DNA of 64,000 bases from an uncultured Leptospirales bacterium (lineage in GTDB: Bacteria > Spirochaetota > UBA4802 > JAKQUI01). Every line of letters begins with the position of its first letter. Position 1 is the first letter of the stretch. The notes under the pieces are model-generated. The model did not search any database. It was not told where the DNA came from and saw only the letters and a program-made list of their open reading frames with translations. Location of the stretch: assembly GCA_964652955.1 (NCBI GenBank), contig CAZZCF010000001.1, positions 12,555 through 76,554 of the forward strand. The letters are read 5' to 3'. Below, piece after piece: positions 10,038 to 22,491 of this stretch. Both the position numbers and the translations under genes were made by a program.

Positions 10038-10904
10038 CTATCTCTCACATTGAACAGCATATCTCCCATCCGGAAAAACCGTGACCACAATCGTTCCGTC
10101 CCTGTACGTCCGATAGACCTTCGCTGTTCGCGTATACCTTTGAATAACTTTATCAGCCGGATAGCCGTTGATGTTTCCTTTATTGACGCTGATGATAACC
10201 GTCTCGGGCTTCACCGCTTCGATGAATTCAACAGTGGCCGTATCCAGCGCACCGTGATGGCCAGCTTTCAGAATATGCGCTTTCAGATTGACGCCCCTTT
10301 TCAGGAGCTCCCCCTCGGTGATACGATTTCCATCGCCCATGAGGAGGCATCGGAAAGTGCCGAACTCCAGCATGCAGACAAGTGAGCCGGTATTCCAGTC
10401 GGCGCTTCCTCTGCTTTTCGGCGGCCAGAGCACGGTCAGAGTGATGCCGTTAAAATGCAAGCGGTTGCCTGCACCGAGCGGCTCGTATTTCGGGTTTTCT
10501 CTTACCAGGTCACGGTACCAGCGGAAGAGCGGCTGCTCTTTTGCATGCCTGTTTATATCCTCGCCGTTATCGTAAATATGATAGAAGGGAATGAGCTGTG
10601 CAATGGCAAAGATGCCTCCCATGTGGTCCGGATGGGGATGGGTGAGGATGATATGACCAATCGTGCCGATGTGCTGTTTCTGCAGATATCTCAGGAGGCG
10701 AACGCCGGTTATCGGATTCCCCGTGTCGACGAGAATGCACTCCTTCGATGTACGGATGAGAATGGCGTCGCCTTCGCCAACATCGATGAAATGTATGCTC
10801 AGTTTCTCCGGAGGAGCGGTTTGGTCTGTGGCACAGGATAGTGCTTGAAGAGCGAACGAAATGAATATCGCTGACAGAAGAATTTGTTTTGTGCAAACAG
10901 TCAT
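10038..10904 (-). CDS. MBL-fold metallo-hydrolase, ComEC/Rec2 C-terminal-domain-like, probable lipoprotein
   Basis: 'HIILTHPHPDHMGG' HxHxDH metallo-beta-lactamase motif and a signal peptide ending 'ALSCATDQ'. Start is placed at Met23 of the track ORF (ATG 10904), because the upstream 22 codons lie inside repeat element 10900-10956. Confidence 0.75.
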   Translation of the reverse strand: MTVCTKQILLSAIFISFALQALSCATDQTAPPEKLSIHFIDVGEGDAILIRTSKECILVDTGNPITGVRLLRYLQKQHIGTIGHIILTHPHPDHMGGIFAIAQLIPFYHIYDNGEDINRHAKEQPLFRWYRDLVRENPKYEPLGAGNRLHFNGITLTVLWPPKSRGSADWNTGSLVCMLEFGTFRCLLMGDGNRITEGELLKRGVNLKAHILKAGHHGALDTATVEFIEAVKPETVIISVNKGNINGYPADKVIQRYTRTAKVYRTYRDGTIVVTVFPDGRYAVQCER

Positions 10905-10981
10905 TGCGAGGAGCCGCAGGTGATTCCTCGACATGCTCGGAACAGGCTTTGCAATCTTTTCAAACGTCATCTCAATGCGAG
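10900..10981. repeat. Third member of the GTCATTGCGAG...GCAATC element family, plus a GTCATCTCAATGCGAG variant
   Basis: It starts GTCATTGCGAG and ends GCAATC exactly as the 9835 copy does. Its longer core carries a CGAGGA/TCCTCG inverted repeat. Confidence 0.65.
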
Positions 10982-11386
10982 TGATCTGTTGATCCGCATA
11001 ATCTCAATCTCGTACAGGCGGCAGGTGAGTGAAAAGCATGTCGCGTATTTCTCAAAGTCTCTGCACGTTAAAAGAGCCCGATTATAACTTGTTCGATGAT
11101 CGGAATTTGCCAATGCGAATACGGTGGTGCTCTATGAATTGAGCCACCAATAAGCATATAAGCTCTCAAAATGTATTTGTCAAGATAAATCAACTCTGCT
11201 GCGTTTATACACTGTGCAGATTATATTCAATGAAGACTTGACAGCCCGCAAAACATTATCTATCATGCAATCCTGCTATCCTGTCCAATTCTTTTCTTTT
11301 CACATGATTGAGGCTGATATGCTCGTGTGGAATGCGCTACGGGAATTCGTCTTTTCGAAGGCAGAAATAAAAAGGGGATTATCTGA

Positions 11387-11419
11387 CAGGATTACAGGAT
11401 AGATAACAGGATTACAGGA
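11387..11419 (+). repeat. Tandem direct repeat ACAGGATTACAGGA (2 copies, 5-nt spacer) immediately upstream of rfbA
   Basis: Exact 14-mer appears twice; the second copy supplies the AGGA Shine-Dalgarno 8 nt before the rfbA ATG. Confidence 0.8.
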
Positions 11420-11427
11420 AATCCGAT

Positions 11428-12297
11428 ATGAAAGGAATAATACTCGCGGGTGGTCACGGCACCCGGCTCTATCCGATTACCCGGGTGATCTGCAAGCAGC
11501 TCCTGCCGGTGTATGACAAGCCGATGATATACTATCCCCTTTCGGTTCTGATGCTCGCCGGCATACGGGATATTCTCATCATCTCGACACCGCAGGATAT
11601 CTCGCGTTTTGAGGCGCTGCTCGGTGATGGGAGCTGGATCGGAATATCGTTGAGCTATCGGATTCAAGAGGAGCCGCGGGGACTCGCCGATGCCTTTCTC
11701 GTCGGGAAGCGCTTCATCGGAAGCGATCCGGTGTGTCTGATACTCGGTGATAATATCTTTTACGGACACGCCTTGCCTCAGATGCTTCGCGAAGCAGCGT
11801 CGTATGATCAGGGGGCTACTATTTTCGGGTATTACGTGAACGATCCCGAACGGTACGGAGTTGTTGAATTCGATGAAGAGAAGGTAATGTCAATAGAGGA
11901 GAAGCCGGAAAATCCCAAGTCGAATTTCGCCGTAGCCGGTCTCTACTTTTATGATAACAGCGTTATTTCAATCGCTGAAGGATTGAAGCCTTCGGCGCGC
12001 GGGGAGCTTGAAATAACCGATGTAAACATGGCTTATCTCAGGCGAGGGACGCTCAGAGTGAAGCTCATGAGTCGCGGTTATGCCTGGCTCGATACCGGCA
12101 CTCACGATTCAATGCTTGATGCGTCGCTCTTCGTTCGGACCATCGAGGAGCGTCAGGGTCTCAAGATATCCTGTGTCGAGGAGATAGCGTATAAAATGGG
12201 TTACATCGATGCGGAACAGCTCACTGCAATTGCCAAACCGCTGCAAAAATCGGGGTACGGGGAATACCTCTTGAGAATGCTGGAGACGGAGCGATAG
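11428..12297 (+). CDS. rfbA: Glucose-1-phosphate thymidylyltransferase
   Basis: '[38 protein letters not shown]' is the canonical RmlA N-terminus; 289 aa. Confidence 0.95.
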   Translation: MKGIILAGGHGTRLYPITRVICKQLLPVYDKPMIYYPLSVLMLAGIRDILIISTPQDISRFEALLGDGSWIGISLSYRIQEEPRGLADAFLVGKRFIGSDPVCLILGDNIFYGHALPQMLREAASYDQGATIFGYYVNDPERYGVVEFDEEKVMSIEEKPENPKSNFAVAGLYFYDNSVISIAEGLKPSARGELEITDVNMAYLRRGTLRVKLMSRGYAWLDTGTHDSMLDASLFVRTIEERQGLKISCVEEIAYKMGYIDAEQLTAIAKPLQKSGYGEYLLRMLETER

Positions 12298-12846
12298 ATG
12301 CCATTCACCTTCAGGAAGACTGGAATAGACGAGATTGTCGTTATCGAGCCGCAGCTTTATGGCGATCAACGAGGTTTTTTCCTTGAGACATATCGGGAGT
12401 CCGATTTCAGGAAATGGGGCATCGCTGATGTGTTCGTACAGGACAACCACTCATTTTCGGTAAAAGGGGTGATTCGCGGTCTGCACTATCAGATTCCTCC
12501 GCGTGCGCAGGCCAAGCTGATTTATGTCGTTCAGGGAGCGGTCTTGGATGTCGCCGTCGATGTCCGGCGGGGCTCGCCCACCTTCGCGAAGTTTGTCTCT
12601 GAAGAGCTCTCCGATTCAAACAGGTGGATGATGTACATTCCCGAGGGCTTCGCCCATGGATTTTGTGCTCTCACCGATAGCGTGCATATCATATATAAGT
12701 GCACCAGGGAATTTTCACCGGAGCACGATTCCGGCGTTCGATGGGACGATGAAGAGATCGGCATCGACTGGCCGGTTGACGCGCCCATTCTCTCCGAGCG
12801 TGACCGGAATCTGCCATTCCTTCGGGAAGCGGTGGTGTTTGATTAG
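12298..12846 (+). CDS. rfbC: dTDP-4-dehydrorhamnose 3,5-epimerase
   Basis: 182-aa cupin; 'IEPQLYGDQRGFFLETYRE' and 'GLHYQ' are RmlC hallmarks. ATG abuts the rfbA stop. Confidence 0.9.
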   Translation: MPFTFRKTGIDEIVVIEPQLYGDQRGFFLETYRESDFRKWGIADVFVQDNHSFSVKGVIRGLHYQIPPRAQAKLIYVVQGAVLDVAVDVRRGSPTFAKFVSEELSDSNRWMMYIPEGFAHGFCALTDSVHIIYKCTREFSPEHDSGVRWDDEEIGIDWPVDAPILSERDRNLPFLREAVVFD

Positions 12847-12949
12847 TGATTAGTGAATAGTAACGGGTAACGAGTGACGAGTGACAGGTAACGAGTAACA
12901 AGTAACTGATCAATAACTAGTCACTCGTTACTCGTCACATGTCACTATT
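12845..12949. repeat. Heptad-periodic palindromic repeat element (RGTRAYN units followed by their inverted complement)
   Basis: AGTGATT AGTGAAT AGTAACG GGTAACG AGTGACG AGTGACA GGTAACG AGTAACA AGTAACT | AACTAGT CACTCGT TACTCGT CACATGT CACTATT; read directly. A second copy of the family lies at 29631-29716. Confidence 0.7.
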
Positions 12950-13015
12950 AAAACATCGAGTTTATTGTATCGAATAGTCATATACCTGACATAGTAAGTA
13001 TAGGAATCCGATTTC

Positions 13016-13882
13016 ATGATATGGCTCGTAGGAAACAGGGGAATGCTGGGAAGGGAGATCGAGGAGTTATTGCAGGAGAGGGGTCTCCCCTTCGCCGGAA
13101 CTGATCGTGAAGTGGACATCACGGATTCCGGACGGCTGAGAGCCTTTGCGCGCGACCGGAGCATCGAGTGGATTATCAATTGCGCGGCATATACCGCGGT
13201 GGACAGGGCCGAGGATGAGCCCGATGCAGCCCGTGCGATAAATGCTGAAGGGCCGGGGAAGCTGGCTGATGTTGCCCGGGAGAAGGGCATCAAGCTGATA
13301 CATATCTCCACCGACTATGTTTATGACGGCACGAAGGCTTCGCCCTATACTGAAGATGACGACACCGGTCCGCTGAGCGTGTACGGGAAGAGCAAGCTTG
13401 AGGGGGAGCATTTCATACGGGATGTTCTTGCCGGGTATTATATTTTACGAACCGCGTGGCTTTTCGGCAGGTACGGGGGGAATTTCGTGCATACCATGCT
13501 GCATTTGTTCAACGAGAAGGACATTGTGGAGGTTGTAGCGGATCAGCGGGGCAGTCCCACGTATAGCTTCGATCTCGCTGAAACCGTATTGCGCATTGTT
13601 GAACAGGACAGCGATCGATTCGGCATCTATCACTATACGAACAGGGGTGATACCAGCTGGTTCGGTTTTGCGAATGAGATATACCGGATTTCACGGAGAA
13701 GGGGGATCATCTCTCGCGATGTTCGCATCATGCCGGTGACGAGCGATGCGTTTCCCCGGAGGGCGGCACGGCCGCAGAATTCTGTCCTGTCCAAGGCTAA
13801 AATTGAGGAGACCTTCGGTCTGAAGATACCGTTATGGCAGGATGCCCTGGAGAGATTCCTCGACCGCCTCGCGAAAAGGTGA
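13016..13882 (+). CDS. rfbD: dTDP-4-dehydrorhamnose reductase
   Basis: 288-aa SDR with 'WLVGNRGMLGREI' Rossmann N-terminus and the 'STDYVYDG' region typical of RmlD. Confidence 0.9.
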   Translation: MIWLVGNRGMLGREIEELLQERGLPFAGTDREVDITDSGRLRAFARDRSIEWIINCAAYTAVDRAEDEPDAARAINAEGPGKLADVAREKGIKLIHISTDYVYDGTKASPYTEDDDTGPLSVYGKSKLEGEHFIRDVLAGYYILRTAWLFGRYGGNFVHTMLHLFNEKDIVEVVADQRGSPTYSFDLAETVLRIVEQDSDRFGIYHYTNRGDTSWFGFANEIYRISRRRGIISRDVRIMPVTSDAFPRRAARPQNSVLSKAKIEETFGLKIPLWQDALERFLDRLAKR

Positions 13883-13930
13883 GCTCGGTCTGTCGGCTTT
13901 CCGGAATATGAATCACCTTCGAGGTTCTCG

Positions 13931-14995
13931 ATGCGGAAATTGAACAACATATTGATTACCGGCGGTGCGGGGTTCATCGGATCGAATTTCATCCGGCACA
14001 CCTTCGATTCCGATTTCGATGGGAGAATCATCAATGTCGATAAACTCACCTATGCGGGAAATCTTGAAAACCTTCAAGCGGTGAAAAGCCGTTACGGCGG
14101 GAAGCGATACTTCTTCGAGCGTGCGGATATCGGTGAGTATGAAACTATCAGAGAGCTGATCAGGCGCTACCATATTGACACCGTTGTTCACTTCGCAGCG
14201 GAATCCCATGTTGACCGCTCGATATACGGTCCCAAGGAGTTTATGCAGACCAATATTCTCGGGACATTTTCGCTGCTTGAAGCGGTACGGGAGAGATGGA
14301 GCGAACGCGATGATGTCCTCTTTCATCACATCAGCACCGATGAGGTCTACGGATCGCTCGGCTCCGATGGTTTTTTTTATGAGCATACCCCCTATGCGCC
14401 ACGGAGCCCCTACGCGGCATCAAAGGCTTCATCGGATCATCTCGTGATGGCGTATCATCACACCTACGGGATACCGGTAACGCTCACCAACTGCAGCAAC
14501 AACTACGGCCCCTATCAGTTTCCGGAGAAGCTGATACCGCTGATGATCCTCCGCATGATGGAAGAGAAGAGCTTGCCGGTATACGGTGACGGGAAGCATG
14601 TCAGGGACTGGCTCTATGTCGATGATCACAGCGCGGCGCTCTGGCTCGTCCTGAGACAGGGGATTATCGGGGAGCCATACAATATCGGCGGTGAGAGCGA
14701 GTGCGAGAACATCAAACTGGTGGAGATGCTCTGCGATAAGATGGATCTCGCCATGGGAAAGGAAGCGGGACATTATCGGCAGCTTATAACCTCTGTGCAG
14801 GATCGCCCCGGCCACGACCGGAGGTATGCGCTCAACTGCGATAAGATCAAGCGTGAGCTGGGCTGGAAACGGACAGTATCCCTTGATGCCGGTCTGGACA
14901 GAACCATACGCTGGTATCGGGAGAACGGGGAGTGGCTCAAACGGGTGCAGAGCGGGGAGTACCGGCAGTGGATTGAGAGACATTATCATCAGTGA
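13931..14995 (+). CDS. rfbB: dTDP-glucose 4,6-dehydratase
   Basis: 'ILITGGAGFIGSNF' Rossmann motif, the 'YSASKASSDHLV' YxxxK catalytic motif, and 354 aa. Confidence 0.95.
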   Translation: MRKLNNILITGGAGFIGSNFIRHTFDSDFDGRIINVDKLTYAGNLENLQAVKSRYGGKRYFFERADIGEYETIRELIRRYHIDTVVHFAAESHVDRSIYGPKEFMQTNILGTFSLLEAVRERWSERDDVLFHHISTDEVYGSLGSDGFFYEHTPYAPRSPYAASKASSDHLVMAYHHTYGIPVTLTNCSNNYGPYQFPEKLIPLMILRMMEEKSLPVYGDGKHVRDWLYVDDHSAALWLVLRQGIIGEPYNIGGESECENIKLVEMLCDKMDLAMGKEAGHYRQLITSVQDRPGHDRRYALNCDKIKRELGWKRTVSLDAGLDRTIRWYRENGEWLKRVQSGEYRQWIERHYHQ

Positions 14996-15107
14996 AATGC
15001 GGTTGATTGTATGCCAAACGCCCTCTCCGGAGAACGGATGATCGTGATCTGCGGAAGGGTGATTTGCTTTGCCGGACGATACACGAAGAATCGGCGTCCA
15101 TTAATTA

Positions 15108-15136
15108 TTGACAAAAAAAGATCTTTTATTGAATAT
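15108..15136 (+). promoter_or_regulatory. Candidate sigma70-type promoter for hom-thrC (TTGACA-17nt-GAATAT)
   Basis: TTGACA at 15108 and GAATAT at 15131 with a 17-nt spacer, about 155 nt upstream of hom. Sequence pattern only. Confidence 0.3.
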
Positions 15137-15291
15137 CAGAGACCACACCAATGGTGGAATATTCAGGTGAATCCTCATGAGAGGAGTGTTATATCCAATT
15201 TTTGGGGAGAGTCCTGTTTTGGAGCAATCGAGGTATTTTACTTTTTTAATAAATGAATAGATAATCATCATGGCAACTCCCGGGAGTGTAT

Positions 15292-17938
<2,647 letters not shown>

Positions 17939-17940
17939 CC

Positions 17941-18600
17941 ATGCGGATAACCGATCATGTCTATCAGGTGGGTGGCGCGGAGCTTTCTCATCCGTCCGAC
18001 GCGGGCATTTTCCTGATTCGCGAGGGATCGGAAGCCGCCCTGATAGACGCCGGCACAGGCCGTGGACACGATCTCGTTATGAGGAATATTCAATCCTGCG
18101 GGGTGGCACCCGAACGAATTCGCTTTCTCTTCATTACCCACTGTCATTTTGATCACACCGGCGGGGCGCAGCGAATAAAGGATGAAACCGGCTGCGATCT
18201 CGTTGCACATGCGCTTGATGCAATCTATCTCGAAAGCGGGGATCCTGAAGTCACCGCTGCCTCCTGGTACGGGAGCACTCTGGAGCCGCTCTCAATCGAT
18301 ATCGCGGTGACGGAGAAGGAGCAGAGCTTCTCTGTCGGGAACCTCGCGGTAACAATGTTTCACATCCCCGGTCACTCGCCGGGCTCGTCAGCGTTTACCG
18401 TTCAGTCGCATGACAGGATGGTTCTCTTCGGGCAGGATGTTCATGGCCCGCTTAACGCAGTGCTCCTCTCGAACCGCGACGATTATATTCAATCACTGGA
18501 GCTTCTTATCTCGCTGAATGCTGATGTACTCTGCGAAGGGCATTTCGGTATTTACGAGGGCAAAGAGCGGGTCAGGCGATTTATCGAATCTTTTTTATAA
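17941..18600 (+). CDS. MBL-fold metallo-hydrolase
   Basis: 'FITHCHFDHTGGA' HxHxDH motif; 219 aa; start 2 nt after the thrC stop. Confidence 0.8.
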   Translation: MRITDHVYQVGGAELSHPSDAGIFLIREGSEAALIDAGTGRGHDLVMRNIQSCGVAPERIRFLFITHCHFDHTGGAQRIKDETGCDLVAHALDAIYLESGDPEVTAASWYGSTLEPLSIDIAVTEKEQSFSVGNLAVTMFHIPGHSPGSSAFTVQSHDRMVLFGQDVHGPLNAVLLSNRDDYIQSLELLISLNADVLCEGHFGIYEGKERVRRFIESFL

Positions 18601-18742
18601 ATGGGGGAATGCTGTTCTCGTATTTCATGGTGATGCACGGGAGATGGCATTATAATCGGGGAAACAAACATCACCACCCCGAGGATCCGATCATTCTGGT
18701 ATACTTGTTAGAGGTGAGACGTATCTGATTAGAGAATATACA

Positions 18743-19654
18743 ATGGCAAAACGGTTAATTCGATCGGTCGTTACGGCGGAGAGAAATCCGGCAGTTGCTA
18801 TCCTTCTCTCACTGCTGAGCACGGGACTCGGGCAGATCTATAACGGCGAGCTGTCGAAGGGGATAGTATTTTTTGCGCTGCGTGTGTTAACGCTGCTCTT
18901 TATCCCCCTTTCCTTTGTTGTCGATTTTCGGAGCTCCTCCCTTGCCGTTTTTATCGCGCTGGTGCTCATACATATATTCCTGTGGATTGCGGCAGCGGGT
19001 GAAGCCTGTATCTCGTCGATGCGAAAAAAAAAATATATTCTCACGGTGTATAACTCTGTAGTGCTCTATTGTGTGTTCGGTTGTGCGAGCACGCTTATCC
19101 TTCTGTTTCTCTTCGTGCCGGTATCGCTCTTCTTCCGGATCGAGACGGTTCCCTCGAATTCGATGAATCCGACACTGTTCAGAGGGGAGTCGGTTGTGGT
19201 TAATACCTACGTGGTGCGAAGCGTGAAACCGGGAGAGGTTGTTTTCTACAGGCAGGGCGGGGTGGCGAAATTCGGAAGGGTAATCGCAACAGCGGGTGAT
19301 GCGGTTGTCGATAAAGGGGGAGTGTTCGAGATTAATGATGTTGACCTTTCCCTGGGCGTTTTTACCGATGATGAGCTTGATCGCATGGGTCTGGAGAATA
19401 GTGACGATATCTTTACCGAGAACAATGGGGAGCGCAGATATCCGATTCGGTATCTGCCATCGAGAGGACGATCGCGGAAGAATCGCGTTCGTATAGCAAT
19501 CGAAAAGGGGGCGGTTCTCGTTGCGCCTGATAACAGGAGAAGAGAGGACGTCTATGAGATAATTCCTGTTACGGCGGTCCGGGGGCGGGTTGAGGGAATA
19601 GTGATGAGCAGTCGGATCCGGAGAATCATGCTGTTGCCGTATATTCGTGAATGA
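18743..19654 (+). CDS. lepB: Signal peptidase I (S26) catalytic domain fused to an N-terminal TM2-like domain
   Basis: 'SNSMNPTL' catalytic Ser box and a 'GDAVVDKG' region, preceded by an 'AILLSLLSTGLGQIYNGELSKG' TM2-domain-like segment and further TM helices. Confidence 0.65.
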   Translation: MAKRLIRSVVTAERNPAVAILLSLLSTGLGQIYNGELSKGIVFFALRVLTLLFIPLSFVVDFRSSSLAVFIALVLIHIFLWIAAAGEACISSMRKKKYILTVYNSVVLYCVFGCASTLILLFLFVPVSLFFRIETVPSNSMNPTLFRGESVVVNTYVVRSVKPGEVVFYRQGGVAKFGRVIATAGDAVVDKGGVFEINDVDLSLGVFTDDELDRMGLENSDDIFTENNGERRYPIRYLPSRGRSRKNRVRIAIEKGAVLVAPDNRRREDVYEIIPVTAVRGRVEGIVMSSRIRRIMLLPYIRE

Positions 19655-19789
19655 AGCTTCATGGTCCGTTTTTATCGCCTCAATGCGCTATGAAAAAATT
19701 TATCAATAGAGTGTGTAAATGATTTATGGTGGCAGGTGCAGCGAGAAGCTGTCTTGAATGTGTCGGGAGATGAAAAGGGGAGGAAAGGC

Positions 19790-20758
19790 ATGTCACTCGT
19801 AATTGGGTGTAATAGCTTTGTTGGCCGTTCACTGGCAAAAAGACTTCTGCAAAAAGGGGCTCCGGTGAGGGGCATGGATTTCTGGCGTGATGAGCGTGCT
19901 CCCGAGAAGCTGGAATTCATTGAGGGTTCGGTTCTTGATTACGACCTGTTGCTCGAAGCGTGTGCCGGTGTTGATGTTGTGTATCATCTCATGGAGGTGC
20001 GACATCCATCGCGGTATGGCAGAAGATTCATGAAGAAGATAAATGTTACCGGTACTGAAAATGTTATCAGGGCAGCACTGGAAAAGCAGGTGCAAAAGAT
20101 TATTGTTCTCTCCACGGCCGATATATACGGGAAACCGAAGGCAATTCCGGTCAAGCATGACGATCCGAAGAAACCGGTGAGCGCCTATGGCCGAGACAAG
20201 CTCCGGGCAGAGAAGATATGCTGGCGATATATTGAAAAGCATGGCGCCGATATCACCATTTTCAGATCTACCTTTATTGCGGGAGCGGGGGTTGATGATC
20301 CGATGATTCTTATCATGTTGTATATGGCGCTGGCACTGGGTGATGCCAATCGGCTCTATGTCGCCGGTGACGGCGATTCTCTCCTTCAGATGATTCATCC
20401 CGATGATGTGGTTGATGCCTTCCTTGCCGCAGTAACGTCCCCCCGATCACGGGGGAAGGCCTATAATATCGGATCGGATAATGTGCCTACCCAGATTGAG
20501 CAGGTGGTCAAGCTGAAAGAGCTCGCCAAGCTCGATTGCTATATAAAGCACCTCAATCCCCGTTGTACCCGCTTCCTCTCCCTGATCCTCCGCCCTCTGA
20601 ATATTCCCTATCTCTCGAAAGAGCATATCTTGGGACTTCTTTCGAATATCGTTCTCGACTGCAGCAGGGCAAAGCGGGAGATCAACTGGTATCCCAGGAA
20701 AGACAATATCGATATTCTCGTTGAAACATGTGCGTGGTATGAACGGGAAAAGCTCTGA
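19790..20758 (+). CDS. NAD-dependent epimerase/dehydratase (extended SDR)
   Basis: 'MSLVIGCNSFVGRSLAKRL' Rossmann N-terminus and 'YGRDKLRAEK' YxxxK. ATG 19790 follows an AAAGGGGAGGA RBS; the track ORF starts 54 nt earlier. Confidence 0.8.
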   Translation: MSLVIGCNSFVGRSLAKRLLQKGAPVRGMDFWRDERAPEKLEFIEGSVLDYDLLLEACAGVDVVYHLMEVRHPSRYGRRFMKKINVTGTENVIRAALEKQVQKIIVLSTADIYGKPKAIPVKHDDPKKPVSAYGRDKLRAEKICWRYIEKHGADITIFRSTFIAGAGVDDPMILIMLYMALALGDANRLYVAGDGDSLLQMIHPDDVVDAFLAAVTSPRSRGKAYNIGSDNVPTQIEQVVKLKELAKLDCYIKHLNPRCTRFLSLILRPLNIPYLSKEHILGLLSNIVLDCSRAKREINWYPRKDNIDILVETCAWYEREKL

Positions 20759-20765
20759 GCGGGGT

Positions 20766-22409
20766 TCAGCGCGTAAAGAGATTTTTGAGCGCCTCCCACA
20801 GTTTCAGGAGCAGCACTCTCAGCAGTTGTCCGGGAGTTCCTTCTCCGGCATTCATGGTGAGCATGAGCTGTGCTCTTTTGATCTCCTCCGCGGTGAGCGG
20901 TCGTGAGCGCGATATTTCCTTACGTTTTTTCTTAACCTCTTTTCTCGCGAGCTTTAAAATTTCCTTCTCTTCATCGAGTCGTGCACGGGTAACCATATCA
21001 TAGAGGGTGGGCTCATGAAGCAATCTCTCGCGGATCTGTTGCAGCCGCTCGTGAGCATTCTGCAGGTGCGGATTTTTTCTGTTTTCGCTCAATTCGAGCA
21101 ACAGCTCGAGGTACTGGTTCAGGAAATAAGCCTGCTTGTACAATCGCTTCAATTCATCAATGGAGAGGCGTTCGAGATCGATTCTCTCAAACTCGTCAAC
21201 TGCAGTAATGATAAAATCCAGTGTTTCATCGGTCACCTTGAAGAGATCTTCCTGCTTGAGATCGCGAAGCTCAATGAATCGGTACGCGACTTCTTTGAGG
21301 TCATTCAACATCTGCTCGGAGATCTCCAGGAGGTATCGCAGACCGCGTTTCTCATGTGCGTTCAGGTGTGCCGATCCCCTTTCGGCATCGGAGAGCTTCT
21401 TGCGGATGTCATTGATGCTCAGCTGAGAAGGTTCAGCGGCGGCGTACTTTCGCTGCAGGGTGAATTCTTTATCGATAAAATTCGGTTCTGCGAGATCCTG
21501 ACCGATTTTCAGTATGTTCAATTTGATGTCACCGAGCAGCCTGAGGATTTTAAATCTGTCTATCTTGCTGATACCGTCGGTCACCACCAGTATCTCTGAA
21601 CGCATGATATCCTTATCGCGTTTGATATCCTCAATGGCCTGTTCAATCGCGAACTGAAGATTGGTGCTCCTCCCACCGGTGGTTGTTAAGAGGACTTTTT
21701 CAATCAACAGCGGGAAGTCCTCTTTTTCCCCCAATCGGTGGAGATCTCCGACATCCGAGTCGAAGGATCGAAAGAATATCATGGCATTGGTGTTCATCTT
21801 CCTCCTGAGGAATTCGGCGACGAGGCATTTGGAGAAAAAGGATCTCATTTTAAGATCCATGGAACGGGATCGATCCAGGAGGAGGTAAACCTTCTGCTCA
21901 AATCGATTCGCTGTTTTGCCGGTTTCGTCACGGCTTGTTGTTATCGGTTTATACTGATCGTATTCTGATTTATAGAATTTCTGAACCTGCAGTGTTTTCG
22001 TGAGGAGCTTGATGTCGAATATATCGTCCTCCTGAGCGAGCTCTCGCGGAAGGGACTTCTTCAAATCGTATATGGTTTTGAAAAAAGCAATTTCCATCGT
22101 ATCGCTGAGCGGGGAAGAGATCTCTTTTCTGTTTATCAGTATTGATTCATCCCGGTTCGGAGCTTTCATCCGCTCCTCCCGTGAGAGCTCCTCGATAGCG
22201 GTGAGTGCATCTGAGACGGTTTCCGGCGTGAATACGACCCGTGCGATTTCGAATATGGTCAGAAATTCTCTCGGGAGCATTGTCGCAAGATTATCGAAGA
22301 ATCCCAGAGCGTCCCAGTATTCAAAGAAATTGGTGCTCGGCTTATATGAGCGGGAGATGCTTTTGGAAGATGTTTGTATCACTTCATCTGCCTCACGCGG
22401 AAGATGCAT
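20766..22409 (-). CDS. von Willebrand factor type A (VWA) domain protein with long N- and C-terminal helical extensions
   Basis: MIDAS motif 'LLLDRSRSM' (DxSxS), followed by a '...TTGGRSTNLQFAIEQA...VVTDG' VWA core. About 175 aa N-terminal and 300 aa C-terminal of it (coiled-coil-like) are unassigned. Confidence 0.75.
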   Translation of the reverse strand: MHLPREADEVIQTSSKSISRSYKPSTNFFEYWDALGFFDNLATMLPREFLTIFEIARVVFTPETVSDALTAIEELSREERMKAPNRDESILINRKEISSPLSDTMEIAFFKTIYDLKKSLPRELAQEDDIFDIKLLTKTLQVQKFYKSEYDQYKPITTSRDETGKTANRFEQKVYLLLDRSRSMDLKMRSFFSKCLVAEFLRRKMNTNAMIFFRSFDSDVGDLHRLGEKEDFPLLIEKVLLTTTGGRSTNLQFAIEQAIEDIKRDKDIMRSEILVVTDGISKIDRFKILRLLGDIKLNILKIGQDLAEPNFIDKEFTLQRKYAAAEPSQLSINDIRKKLSDAERGSAHLNAHEKRGLRYLLEISEQMLNDLKEVAYRFIELRDLKQEDLFKVTDETLDFIITAVDEFERIDLERLSIDELKRLYKQAYFLNQYLELLLELSENRKNPHLQNAHERLQQIRERLLHEPTLYDMVTRARLDEEKEILKLARKEVKKKRKEISRSRPLTAEEIKRAQLMLTMNAGEGTPGQLLRVLLLKLWEALKNLFTR

Positions 22410-22491
22410 CCTGTCGATCGTGAAGGGTTTGCATCGAATGGTGTCTGCTCTTTATCCCTCTCACCGGGGGCATTGCCCCTGGCGTATGAAC

